64,000 bases of DNA from Mobula hypostoma (taxonomy: Eukaryota). Of the stretch, positions 52,128-64,000 are shown piece after piece. The notes below the pieces were generated by a model. That model saw nothing but the letters and a program-made list of their open reading frames with translations. It was not told the DNA's origin and did not search any database. The position numbers and the translations under genes are program-made. The stretch covers positions 107,076,001-107,140,000 of the forward strand of contig NC_086107.1 of the NCBI RefSeq assembly GCF_963921235.1, in the 5' to 3' direction. Within the stretch, counting starts at the first letter, position 1; every line of letters starts with the position of its first letter.

Positions 52128-52411
52128 AACGTAAACACGAGGAATTCTGCAGATGCTGGAAATTCAAGCAACACACATCATAGTTGCTGGTGAACGCAGC
52201 AGGCCAGGCAGCATCTCTAGGAAGAGGTACAGTCGACGTTTCGGGCCGAGACCCTTCGTCAGGACTAACTGAAGGAAGAGCTAGTAAGAGATTTGAAAGT
52301 GGGAGGGGGAGGGGGAGATCCATAGTGATAGGAGAAGATAGGGGGAGGGATGGAGCCAAGAGCTGGACAGGTGATTGGCAAAAGGGATATGAGAGGATCA
52401 TGAGACAGGAT
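52128..52411 (-). mobile_element. Penelope-like 3' insertion inside L1 ORF1
   Basis: 9-bp TSD ctttttgaa (52119-52127 / 52412-52420). Confidence 0.85.
52230..52267 (-). ncRNA. Minimal type I hammerhead ribozyme motif
   Basis: Minus strand UAGUC-CUGACGA-A-GGGUCUCGGCCC-GAAA-C-GUC-GACUG. Confidence 0.8.
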
Positions 52412-53164
52412 CTTTTTGAATCCAGCAATGGAAAGGGAAAAACTTTGAAAGAAAAATGAGAAAATATGCCTGTCTGGGCTGAGCCTTTGGAATCTGCATT
52501 GATGGGTCTCGACAACAGAATAGACAATAACTCTTCTGAGTTGAAGTCGTTCCGACAGAGTTTACGGACTATTGAGGAAAATATTGTTTCCTTGAATACT
52601 GAGTTTAAAGAATCGAAATGTCAGAATATGGGTATTTCAACCTGCTTGGAACAGGGTCAACGCAAAATTGTTGATTTGGATGCGAAGTCTCGTCGAAATA
52701 ATATTCGGATTGTTGGTCTGAAGGAAGGCACTGAGAGTGGGAATTTATTGGACTATTTTGCCAATTTGTTTCAATCTCTGTTTCCGGATATTCTATCTCA
52801 GCCTCCCGATATTGAAAGAGTTCACCGAATTTTCACCGTCAGGCTCAACTGCCTCCTGAAGTGGTCCAGCACACCATTCGGTACAGGGGCAATCAGAAGT
52901 AGGCAAGAAATGCCCGCTTGGCCAAGGTACCCACGTCAGTAGCCAGACCTTGGGGCAGAGATTAATACAGCACAGGAAGAGGCCTTTGGCCCACTGAGTC
53001 TAGTCCATCCATTTACACTCATCCTACCCTAACCCATTCCATGCTCCCCACATTCCCATATATTTATATATCAAGTAGATCTTCGCATTAATGAGCAGGT
53101 GTGCAGACGCACCCAATAAAATGGCCACTGAGCGTAAATTCCAGGAACAGATCAAGGTGGAGCT

Positions 53165-53975
53165 AAGCTTTTTTTAACACAGAATAAACTTTATTCAATG
53201 ATAAAAGATTATTTACGAGAATAAACCCCGCAATGCCTTTTCTTTCTTACATTTATAGATAAGGCGTTAAGCCTTGTTCAATTACATTCCTTAAAACCAG
53301 TAGAGCTGTTGCTGCTCCTCTGGGGTAGCACGTTACTGTAAAATCTCTCTGTCCAGCAATGGAAGGACCCCTTTTGGGGTCTTTCCCTACCAAACCCTCA
53401 CGGCAGCTACACCGAGTACCAGTACCTCCCTCAGCACTCACTCCTGCAGCCTGGAACGTGCCAGTTGCCAGCGCTCCTCTGCGGACATTTTGACCCGCTG
53501 GGGTGGGCCAATAATAATGGTGGTGCTTCCTCACCCAACCCAGCCCCTCCTTGTTCAGTAGTAGAATCAGGTTTAATATCACCGGCGAACATTGTGAAAT
53601 TTGATGTCTTTGTGGCAGCAGTTCAACGCAATACATAATAATAGAAAATGGAAGGACCTGATACCATGGTTCTCTCCTACCGAACCATGGCTGCACCGAG
53701 CTTGAGTGCCTCCCTCAGCACATACTCCTGCAGCCTGGAGGGTGCCAATTGGCAACATTCCCCTACGTCTGCGGACATCCTGATGGGCTGGCTGACCGGC
53801 AAGTTTTGGGCGGACCCGAGGCCACCTTTCACCGAGTTGATGACCTCCCAGCAGCACTGGACGTCCGTCTCTGTGCGTGTGCGTCCCCGGGGGACAGCCC
53901 GTAGGTCAGAGCGCCCTCTGTCACACAGCTGCTCAGGATGAAACGTGACGCGGGCCCTTGCATCTTCCTCCATAC
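53165..53975 (-). mobile_element. Tx1-like LINE 3' relics (two overlapping copies of the ORF2 terminus)
   Basis: CCWEVINSVK...ECCQLAPSRLQEYVLREALKLGAA; AATAAA and A-tail on the minus strand at ~53168-53196. Confidence 0.65.
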
Positions 53976-54642
53976 AGGTAAATTACTACTCTCAGTAATG
54001 GTAGCCGAGAAGCTACTGTGCTATCAGATTAGCCCATCAGCTCACTAATATTTGCCAATAAAACATTCCCTTTTAGTTAATATTTGAGATCAGACCTACC
54101 AATAAAATTGAATTAAAATGGCCTTCAAGGAGCTGCTGAAAGCCAGCCTTAGCAGTGAGAACCATGTCCTCACTGCTAATTAAAAATGAGAAAAAAAGCT
54201 ATTGGCAATCTCTTTTTATCTAAACTCTTCATGAGTTTAAACAACTCTTAAATCTCCATTTGGCCTTCACTTCTCTAAAGTGGATCTGTGGCTTGTTATA
54301 CTTTGAATAATGCCTGTCTCAATCTGCACCTCTAGGATAACTGATGCAGTGGCATTCTACAAGAATAATAATTCAGAGAGTACAGATTCACTTAACGTCA
54401 GTGGTGTTTTGTAGCATTCTCCTGCATCGGAGATGTGGATACTGCTGCCCAGCCTGCATTTATTGCCCTTGAGAAGTGGCGGTGGGGTACCTTCCTGCTA
54501 GTACTTGTGAGGCAGCGGGGGGTGGGGGGCGTGTGGAATCAGTGCATCTGTTGGTGCAAATTTGGAGAGGGTTGGGGGGGGTGTGCTTTAGGGTTATGAT
54601 GTTACTATGGTTCATTCTTTGTGTTCGTTTTCTGTTTCATGT

Positions 54643-54865
54643 CGGGCACGTGGCCAAGCGGTTAAGGTGTTCGTCTAGTGATCTGAAGGTTGCTAGTTCG
54701 AGCCTCAGCTGTGGCAGCGTGTTTGTGCCCTCGAGCAAGGCACTTAACCACACATTGCTCTAGAGTCTGTGCAAGGAGTGGCGCCCCACACAGACTTCCA
54801 ATCTGCACTTTGTAAGGCATGAAAATGCCCAACACAGGCCTCTCATGGTCTGTCGACATTCCCTT
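54643..54865 (+). mobile_element. tRNA-derived SINE with CORE-like segment, different tail
   Basis: gggcacgtggccaagcggttaagg...gttcgagcctcagc...gagcaaggcacttaacc head shared with 30995-31308. Confidence 0.75.
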
Positions 54866-56529
54866 CCCTCCCTCCTTCCCTCCTCTGTTATGTGGATGTC
54901 TGTGAAGAGTAAGAATTTCAGGTTGTATACTGTACACATGCTCTGATATTAAATTGAACCACTTGAATGGAGAGGCAATGTTGACGCTGATCCAAATCAG
55001 GATTATGTGCTCCATGTTGCAGTCAGGGATGTTTTAGAGTCATAGAGCCATAAATCACGGAAACAGGCTCTTCAGCCCAACATATCCATACTGACCAGGA
55101 TGCATGTTTAATCTACTCCCATTTGGCTCATATCCCCTAGCCCAGAGGTTTCCAATCTTTTTTATACCATGGACCAATACCATCAAGCAAGGGATTAAAC
55201 CTACCCACGTACCTGTCCAAATGTCTTTTAAAATCAGAATCAGAATCAGGTTTAACGTCATTGGCATATGTCATGAACTTTGTTGCCTTTGCGGCAGCAG
55301 TACATTATAATACATAATAATAGAAGAATTATGAATTAGAGGAAGTATATATATAAAATAGTTAAATTACTTAAGTGTAGCAAAAGTAGAAATAAGAAAG
55401 TAGTGAGGTAGTGTTCATGGGTTCAATGCCCATTCAGAAATCAGATGGCAGAGGGGAAGAAGCTGTTACTGAATCGATGAGCATGTGCCTTCAGACTCCT
55501 GTACCTTCTTCCTGATGGTAACAATGAGAACTAGGCATGAAATGGGTGATGGGGGTCCTTAATGATGAATGGCGCCTTTCTGAGGCATTGTTCCTTGAAG
55601 ATGTCCTGGGTACTCTGGAGGCTGGTGCCCATGATGGAACTGACTAATTTTACAACTCTCTGCAGCTTACTTTGATCCTGTGCAGTATTGCTCCTTCCAC
55701 CCCTTACCAGACAAGTAACTTATAGCAAGTCAGAAGGCTCTCCATGGTACATTTGTGGAAATTAGTGAGTGCTTTTGTGACAAACCAAATCTCCTCAAAC
55801 TCCCAATGAAATATAGCCGCTATTGTGCCTTCTTTGTAGCTGCATCAATATGTTGGGTCCAGGTTAGATCCTCAGAGATATTGACACCCAGGAAACTGAA
55901 ATTGCTCACTCTTTCCCCTTCTGATCCCTCTATGAGGATTGGAGTGTGTTCCCTCATCTTACCCTTTCTGAAGTCCACGGGGCCACTGACGTTGAGTGCA
56001 AGGTTGTTACTATTTCACCTGATTGCAGTTTTAAACATGTACTTCAAAACAGAACAGATCTAAGCTCTTGTATAAAAGGCTAGACGTCTTAAGGAAGGAA
56101 TCCTTCCTTCTTCACCCATTGTGGCACATTCATGACTACAGACTCCCAGCAGTGTGGTTGAATTGTAATTAGTCTGTGAAATGACCTTCCATTTGATACT
56201 ACCAAACAAATTCACCGGCTCTTCAGTGTGGAATGCCACAGTGTCGTATTTCAATTGCCTCCTTGAGGCAGTGAAAGAGGCCATTTGGCCCATCTATGCT
56301 GGCTCTCAGAGTAGTCTTCAAAGGGTCAACGGTTCATTTAACTGGCAAAGTATACACGTACAATACAACCCTGATGTTCGTCTTCTCCAGATAATCATGA
56401 AATACCGAAAGACCATGGCTGTTGGTGAAAGAAAATACACCAACTCCACCCCCACCGCGGCACAAGAAAAGAAACAAAACTCACAAAGTCCCTCCACCCC
56501 TACAGAAAACCAGCAACAATAGCAACAAA

Positions 56530-57090
56530 TCCACCATCCTGCCTCCCAAAGTAGAGTGTTTCTTTCTACTTTGATTAACCGTGCGAAAACAATTTCCGAT
56601 CTGGAGAGTTTCCCCAAGGAAATAGGACGATTACACACGACATTCCTACAGAATGGCTACAAGGTGAAGAAAATCACATCAAGGAGCACAGGAGGTGTAT
56701 CCCTTTGGGTTACCTGGAGAAATCGGCGGCAGCAGAACACTACATTCGCAATGGCCGTAGGATTGACTTTGACGGCACGAAACTACTGCGCTGCACCAGT
56801 GGTTTTCGGGACTGCCTGGTAAAGGAAGCCATTGAAATAAAGCTAGAGGAAAAGAATTTTAACAAGACAAAGGTCTCGCTCTAAGTAAGAACTGGAATTC
56901 GATCGCAAACAAGGTGGAAGAGCAGAGACCTGATTGGATGAGGACTAACCAATCAGGAGGGACGGACTATGGGGGTATAAATACCACCAGGATGAGACAT
57001 GCCCAAGCATCATCCCTGAAGAAGGTGGCACTTTGTCGGTTATAATCGATGCCTGTACCCAGCTGGAAGACTGAGAAGATTTTATTCATG
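56530..57090 (+). mobile_element. Second Penelope-like family, internally deleted relic
   Basis: HHP...STLINRAKTISD...FLQNGY; ctggtaaaggaagccattgaaataaag (LVKEAIEIK) endonuclease end; degenerate ctgaaga box near 57016. Confidence 0.7.
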
Positions 57091-59034
57091 ATGATGACAC
57101 AGTTCACAGAAGTTCAAAGTACACTTATTATCAAAGTATGTATATATTAAACAACCTTGAGATCCTTGTTCTTACAGGCAGTCACTAAACAAGAAACCCA
57201 AAAGAATAATCCAACAAACACTCAACGTGCAGAGAGAGAGAGAGAGAAAAAAAAAACAAATCGTGCAAACAGCATTCGGAACGAAAGTGAGTGCACAGAC
57301 ATGAAGACCGAGCGGCCCGGAACAGGCCACAGCCCCTGCCTCAGTTCATCACACTGCTGAGCAAAACGTTGCAGAGCTCGCAGGCACGAAGCCTGGAGCA
57401 AGCCTCCAGCCTCAGTGCAGCGGAGAGCTGGGTAAGCGTCACAGAGCAGCGGAGAGCGGGGCTAGCATTGTGGAGTAGCGAGCAGTACCAGCCCGACCTT
57501 CGCCTTCTGTCCCAACAGCCTGCCTTTACAATCCATCCAGCCCGGCGTTAAAATCGTCCAGACGTCGAGCTCGACACCAGGATCGCAGTCAACCTTCGTC
57601 CCCCAGTCACAACACAAGTAAAAGTGCTGTTTGTGCTGTGTATGAATTGGCTGCTGCAGTTTGGCTACTTCACACTTCAGCGAGCACATCGTCAGCCTAT
57701 GCAGTATAATGTCCTGGTCTTGTGTAAAGACATCAATGCAACCTTACCACTGTCCCCTTAGAAAATGACCCATGGTGTTGCACAAAGTGATAATTGACTC
57801 AAAGGTCCAGTCCATTATGGAAACACTATGAAATTCTTCTAGCAAGAGTGAAAAAAAAAATTCTGTCTGGCTTGCAACCCAGCCATCAGCTCATCCATTG
57901 TAAAAGCAAGGCAGATAAGATAATGAATAGAAAGGCTTGGCAGAGAGCATTAAATACCGATTGGAGGGACTGAAATAAACCTCTTCAGTGTATTACACGA
58001 TCCAGTAATGGCTTCTCAAGGACAATTTGCTAATGGTATTTTCTGCTTTCTTGTGTTGCACTTTCAGACTGTCATTACTTTTAACTTCGGCCATCTTGCG
58101 AGTACTTTGCAAACTGATCTTTCTGTGGTGTTTGGCTGCAGAGGACAGGTCTCCCCGCCACCCATCAACCTCCTGCGTGCCTGATCGGTCACGATGCAGG
58201 AGGCCATTCAGCCCTTCTTACCTGTGACGGGCCTCCACTAGCCCCACCACCCTGCACTTTCCCCATCTCCCTGCAAATCTTGCCTTTCCTAGCACTTCAC
58301 ACTTTTCTGAGATTGCGTCTGCCTCCTTTCAGATGCCGTGTTAGTCAAAAAAAAATCGTCACTTTTCCCCTCTGGCTCTTTTGCCAATGATCCTAAATCA
58401 ATGCTTTCCGAGGCTTCCACATTGGGAAGAGTTTCTCCTGAGATACTCGATCATACTCTTCGTGGCTTTGGATACCTCCTCTGAGTAAAGAGGCCCCAGT
58501 GTCCTCTCACACCCCGAGTCTTCCTTTGAGAAGCATTTGGCACAAACCATCTCTCCATCTCTGAGCAGCTTTTGAAATGATTCACTGCAGAGCATGCCTA
58601 ACCCGGAAGCCACAGTTTTTCTTGTAGCAATAGGAGTCCACTTCTCATCTCTCTCTCTCTCTCTCTCTGGTGTCTCAGCACATTCCATGCCAGCTGCTGG
58701 CGGCGTCTGCCAAGACTGGCACCAAGCCACGAAGGGAAACTATATGTTCATTCGGGTGCCCAGCAACTAAAGTCTCCCTGCCATGTTGGAGAGAACGAGG
58801 GAGGGGGGACTTCCATTCCCTCTCTGCCTATTACCTCAGAGACTGCACAGAAAACACTTCAACTGCTTTATATAATGTGGTTTATATCGTGCTAAAAACA
58901 TGTTGGCATTTAATTATTTATACATATTTTATTCAAAGTTCAAAGTAAATCTATTATGAAAGTACATATATGTCATCATATACAACCCTGAGATTCATTT
59001 TCCTGTGGGTATGTTCAATAAATCCAGTAACCAT

Positions 59035-59380
59035 AGAAAATAGGTGCAGGAGTAGGCCGTTTGGCCCTTCGAGCCTGCACTACCATTCAGTACGATCATG
59101 GCTGATCATCCAACTCAGAACCCTGTACCTGCCTTCTCTCCATACCCCCTGATCCCCATAGCCACAAGGGCCATATCTAACTCCCTCTTAAATATAGTCA
59201 ATGAACTGGCCTCAACTGTTTCCTGTGGCAGAGAATGCCACAGATTCACCACTCTCTGTGTGAAGAAGTTTCTCCTCATCTCGGTCCTAAAAGGCTTCCC
59301 CTTTATCCTCAAACTGTGACCCCTCGTTCTGGACTTCCGCAACATCAGGAACAATCTTCCTGCATCTAGCCTGTCCAATC
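59035..59380 (-). mobile_element. CR1 3' fragment nested in a Rex1 3' end
   Basis: SRTRGHSLRIKGKPFRTEMRRNFFTQRVVNLWHSLP. Confidence 0.85.
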
Positions 59381-59949
59381 CCATGTGATGAAGAGTCCTT
59401 GAAAGTGAGTCCATAGGTTGTGAGAACAGTTCAGTGATGGGGTAACTGAAGTTGAGTGAAGTTATCCCCTCTGGTTCAAGAGCCTGATGGTTGAGGGGTA
59501 ACAACTGTTCCTGAACCTGGTACTGAGAGTCCTGAGGCTCCTGTACCTTCTTCCTGATGGCAGCAGTGAGAAGAGAGTGTGACCTGGGTGGTGGATGATG
59601 ATAGATGCCTCTTTCTTGCGACAATGCTCCATGTAGGTGTGCTCAGTGGGAGGGAGGGATTTACCTGTGATGGACTGGGCTGTATCCACTACTTTTTATA
59701 GGATTTTCCATTCAAGGGCATTGGTGTTTCCATACCAGGCTGTGATGCAGTCAGTGAACATGCTCTCCACTACATATCTATAGAACTTTGTCAAAGTTTG
59801 AGATGTCATGCCAAATTTTTGCGAAGTCCTAAGAGGAAGTAGAGGTGCTGCTGTCCTTTCTTCATATGGTCAGCCATGATCACAGTGAATGGCGGTCCTA
59901 GTTCGAAGGGCTGAATGGCCTCTTGCACTTATTGTCCATAATGGCACTT

Positions 59950-60235
59950 ACATGCTGTGCCTAGGCCAGGTCCTCTGAAATGATAATTTAAAGTTGTTGA
60001 TCCTCTCCACCTCTGATCCCCCGATGAGAAATGATTCATGGGCCTCTGGTTTCCTCCCCCCGAAGTCAATAATTAGCTCCTCGGTCTGGAGTGAGATGAT
60101 GTTGTTGTGGCACCGTTCAGCCAGATTTTCAATCTCCCTCCCATACGCTGATTCGTCACCACCTTTGATTTGGCCAACAACAGTGATGTCATCAGCAACC
60201 TTAACTAATGGAGCTGTGCTTAGCCGCGCAATCGT
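59950..60235 (-). mobile_element. Rex1-type reverse transcriptase fragment
   Basis: KVADDITVVGQIKGGDESAYGREIENLAERCHNN...TEELIIDF. Confidence 0.75.
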
Positions 60236-62048
60236 ACGGATCCACATCCATGTTGCAACTGCTAACTTTATTTTTTAAATATTTAAAAAAATTCTTTATA
60301 ATCGTTCAATATTGCTATTGAAAAGTAGGAAAGCAGCATCCATCATCAGAGATCCCCACCACCCAGGCTACGCTCTCTTCTCGCTGCTGTCGTCAGGTGG
60401 AAGGTACAGGAGCCTCAGGACTCGCACCACCAGGTTCAGGAACAGTTACCACCCCTCAACCATCAGGCTGTCGAACAAAAGGGGATAACTGCACTCACTT
60501 GCCCCATTTATTGAGATGTTTCCACAAGCAATGATCTCACTCTAAGGACTCTTTATCTCATTTTCTAATGTCCTTGTTACTTATATTTGCATTTGCACAG
60601 TCTGTTGTCTTCTGCACTCTGGTTGATCTTTCATTGACCCTGTGACAGTTACTATTCTATAGATTCGCTGAGTCTGCCCACGGGGAAATGAATCTCAGGG
60701 TTGGATGTGGTGACGTAGATGTACTTTGATAAGAAAATTCCCTTTGAATTTTGTTGCATGTCACTCCAACAGACCACAGCAAATTCCTAATACATGTAAA
60801 TGAATCTGGTCTCACACCACCAGGTTCTGGGGTAGTTGTTCCCCATCAATCACCAAGCTCATGAACCACCCAGCTCAACTCTGAACTGATTCCACAACCT
60901 ATGAACTCACTTCCAAGAGCTCTACAAGTCATGCTCTCAGTGTGTGTGTACAGTAAGTATTTATTTATCTATCCGTTCATTCATTTATGTATCTTATACA
61001 TTTATTCATCATTTATTAGTTTATTTATTTATTATTCATGTGTTTGCCCAATTTGTTTTCTTTTGCATGTTGGTTGTCAGACTTTGTGTGTAGTTTTTCC
61101 ACTGATTTTATTGTCTTTTCTTTGTTCAGGTCCAAACGCCAGTAAGAAAATGAATCTCAGTGTAGTATATGGTGACACATGCGCATTTTGTTAATAAATT
61201 TTACTTTGAACTTTAAAACTGATTCAAAAAACACTTGCAAGTTTCTGCAGCTGTTCCTTGGAGAGCTTTCTAACCATCTGGTATGGGGGGGGGGTGGTTC
61301 TACTGCACAGGATCAAAATAAGTTGCACAGTCTTGTAAACTTAGTCAGCTCCATCATGGGCACTGGCCTCCACAGTATCCAGAACATCTTCAAGGAGTGG
61401 TGCCTCTAAAAGGCAGCATCCATCATTAAGGAGCCCATCACCCAGGTCATGCCTTGTTCTCATTGCTACCATCAGGGAGGAGGTACAGGAGCCTGAAGAC
61501 ACACACTCAGTGATTCAGGAACAGCTTCTTCCCCTCCACCATCAGATTTCTAAATGGACATTGAACCCATGAACACTACCTCACTACTTTTTTATTTCTA
61601 TTTTTGCACCACTTATTTAATTTAACTATTTAATATATATACTGATTGTAATTAGTGGCTTTTTTTTCCTATTATTATGTATTGCCTTGTACCGCCACTG
61701 TAAAGTCAACAAAGTTCACGACATCTACCAGTGATATTAAACCTGATTCTGATTCTAAACCTTGATTAGATGCCCAGCATCTATACCAGCAGCAAGCTGA
61801 ATATCATCAGCTGTCCTTTATCCTGGGGCTACGGGAGCAGAGTTTGGTCCACTTAGGAAGTGGTTAGAGGAGCAAGTTAAGCAAAAGTGAACAAGGAATT
61901 TGATTTAGAGCAGAGGAACTGGAAACATCACTGCCCAGATGGGCCAAATGGTCTTAGAAGTCGAAGCAGTTCATGAGTTGTATCGTAATTCTGTATACTT
62001 TAATATCCACTTAATATCCTTCTTCCCTTTCTCCAATGGTAAAGGAAA

Positions 62049-62726
62049 GGGAGCAGATGGTGGCGTGACGGCAGCGGGCGCGGCCTCTCCGGTGAATGAT
62101 ATCTGTAATCTGTCAAGTAGTGGACCGTGCACAATTCTGATTTCATGGAGACAGATGTGAGAGTACGGAGGAACATCTGGAAAACTTCTGAAGTGCCCGC
62201 CTTGCTGCCGCTGCTACTGTGTGGTAACCGGAATCTCCGGAGCTGAAGGCCCCGAATCCTCAGCTTTGCGTGTTTCAGTAGCCGGGTCGAGATTCAAGGC
62301 ACTCGGCAGAGGATGGCGCTCGGGAGGCTGTATCGGAGGGGCTGGTCGGAGGCTTGAAGTTTTTGGACGGATGGACTCAATGTCGGCTGTGGTCGGCTGC
62401 TTCCAAGGTATCAGCAAGTTGACGGCGCCTGGAGGTTTATGGCAGGGAGTTTCTCCCTTTTGCCGCCTGCTATCGGGGATTCGGGAGTCGATCGACTCGG
62501 GGACTTTTGAGACTTTTTTTTACCGTGCCCATGGTCTGTTCCTCATCAAATTATGGTATTGCTTTGCACTGCTGTAACTATATGTTATAATGTGGTTCTG
62601 TCAGTGTTAGTCTTTGGTTTGTCCTGTTTTCTGTGGTATCACTCCGGAGAAACATTGTATCATTTCTTAATGCACGTATGCATTTCTAAATGACAATAAA
62701 AGAGGACTGAGTGTTCTCATAATCTA
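62049..62726 (+). mobile_element. ~690 bp non-tRNA retroposon, copy 4
   Basis: Homologous to 4466-5155; interrupts a Penelope pyrimidine tract (62020-62048 + 62730-62960). Confidence 0.85.
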
Positions 62727-64000
62727 AAAAAATTTCTTCTCTCCTATCAGATTCCTTTTTCTCCAGCTCTTGACCTTTCCCACCCAGCTGGCTTCACCCG
62801 TCACTTTCCAGCTGGCTTCTTTCCCCTCCCCCCACCTTTTTATTCTGGTGTCTTCCCCCTTCCTTCTCAGTGCTGAAGAAGGGTCTCGCCCCGAAATGTT
62901 GACTATCTGTTCATTTCCAGAGATGCTGCCTGATCTGCTGCAGTCCCTCAAGCGTTTTGTAATCTGTTTACTGAATATCGAGATAAGGTAAATGTGGAGA
63001 GGATGTTTCCATTCGCAGGAGGGTCTAAGGCCAGCGGGCACAGCCAAGGAATAGAAGGGCTTCCCTTTAGCACAGAGATGAGGAGGAATTCCTTTAGCCT
63101 GAACGTGGTGAATCTGTGGAATTCATTGCCACAGACGACTGTGGAGAACAGGTCATTGGGTACAGTTAAAGATGATTGATTCTTGATTAGTAAGGACATC
63201 AAAGGTTATGTGGAGAAGGCGGGAGAATGGGCTTGAGAGGGAAAGTAAATTACCTTGGATCGAATGGTGGAGCAGACTGAATGGGCCGAATGGCTTTATA
63301 CTGCTCCTTTGTCTTATGCTCTAATATTGTTGCCCAATTAGAAGCCATCAGACTCAATTCTGAAGTTGTCAATTGTTCCTCGGCCTCAGCACCACTTTTG
63401 AAAGGTGTAGGAGGCTGAGGACCAAGTGGGGTTAGCATAGTTGGGGGATGCATGGCAAGAAAGGGCTGAATGGCCTGTTTCAGTGCCTAAAGACGCTATG
63501 ACCGCACTCCGCGTGAAGGTGAGCTTCCTGACAGCAGGTCCAGATGGCCTGCCTGGACCTGGTGGAGTCTGTCATGGTAACAGATAAGGTGACAAATACA
63601 GCGCAGTCTTTTACTGTCCTATGGCACGGTCACAGAATAGTTAGCACCACATTACTGTGCCAGATGTAAGATTGGGGCTCGATTTCTGCCACTATCCATA
63701 AGTAGTTTTCACATTCTCCAAATGACCATGTAGGTTTCCTTCGGGTGCTCTGGTTTCCTCCCACATTCCAAAGACATATGGGGAAGGGGCAGTGAGTTGT
63801 GGGCATGCTACATCGACTCCGGAAGCGTAGTGACACTTGCAGGCTGCCCAGCACAGTCCTCACAGATTGGATTTGACGCCAACGATGCACTTCGCTGTAT
63901 GCTCTCAGAGGTAAGCTTTCACACGGAGATTGGAGAGTGTGTGTAATACTCAGCTGAGCATTGTGGCAGAGTCAGAAACTGAGCATTTAAGAAACAATTC

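Larger units (their letters stand above)
51957..52843 (+). mobile_element. L1 5'UTR plus ORF1 N-terminal half (3'-truncated)
   Basis: Coiled-coil region then SRRNNIRIVGLKEGTE...DIERVHR (L1 ORF1p RRM motifs); 12-bp direct repeat ctcaactgcctc at 51945-51956 / 52844-52855. Confidence 0.8.

Noticed and set aside
52466..52942. Domesticated L1 ORF1 gene (L1TD1-like)
   Set aside because: Upstream in-frame stop, Penelope insertion and truncation within the RRM
54643..54715. tRNA gene
   Set aside because: tRNA-like head continues into SINE core; no complete acceptor stem
55140..55195. hAT-like MITE end (cagaggtttccaatctttttt)
   Set aside because: Only one terminus visible; no matching TIR or 8-bp TSD
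58068..58149. Plus-strand exon after a strong polypyrimidine acceptor
   Set aside because: Weak donor (gtctcc) and no recognisable peptide

Overview
Eukaryotic, repeat-saturated vertebrate DNA with no recognisable host protein-coding exon, tRNA, rRNA or CRISPR array. It is either intergenic or a large intron. The repeat mix suggests a cartilaginous fish, probably a ray or skate (inference): V-SINEs, SacSINE1/Deu-like SINEs, and abundant CR1, Rex1/Babar, RTE, Tx1, L1, Penelope-like and Tc1/mariner relics. Nearly all ORFs in the track are retroelement/transposase fragments, antisense read-throughs of them, or low-complexity artefacts. The most interesting structures are: (i) minimal hammerhead ribozymes in Penelope-like ends, with covarying stem II; (ii) short palindromic, TSD-flanked Penelope derivatives that fold back at the ribozyme; (iii) composite non-autonomous transposons built from ~60-75 bp TIR-only mini-elements; (iv) a TSD-flanked L1 copy that keeps only its 5'UTR and half of ORF1; (v) a young ~690 bp non-tRNA retroposon with a YY1-type head and a stem-loop/(AATCT)n tail; (vi) a locally templated 390 bp insertion. 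I do not see a new multi-gene system. Family names come from recalled motifs, not database searches. Element boundaries are approximate unless a TSD is quoted.
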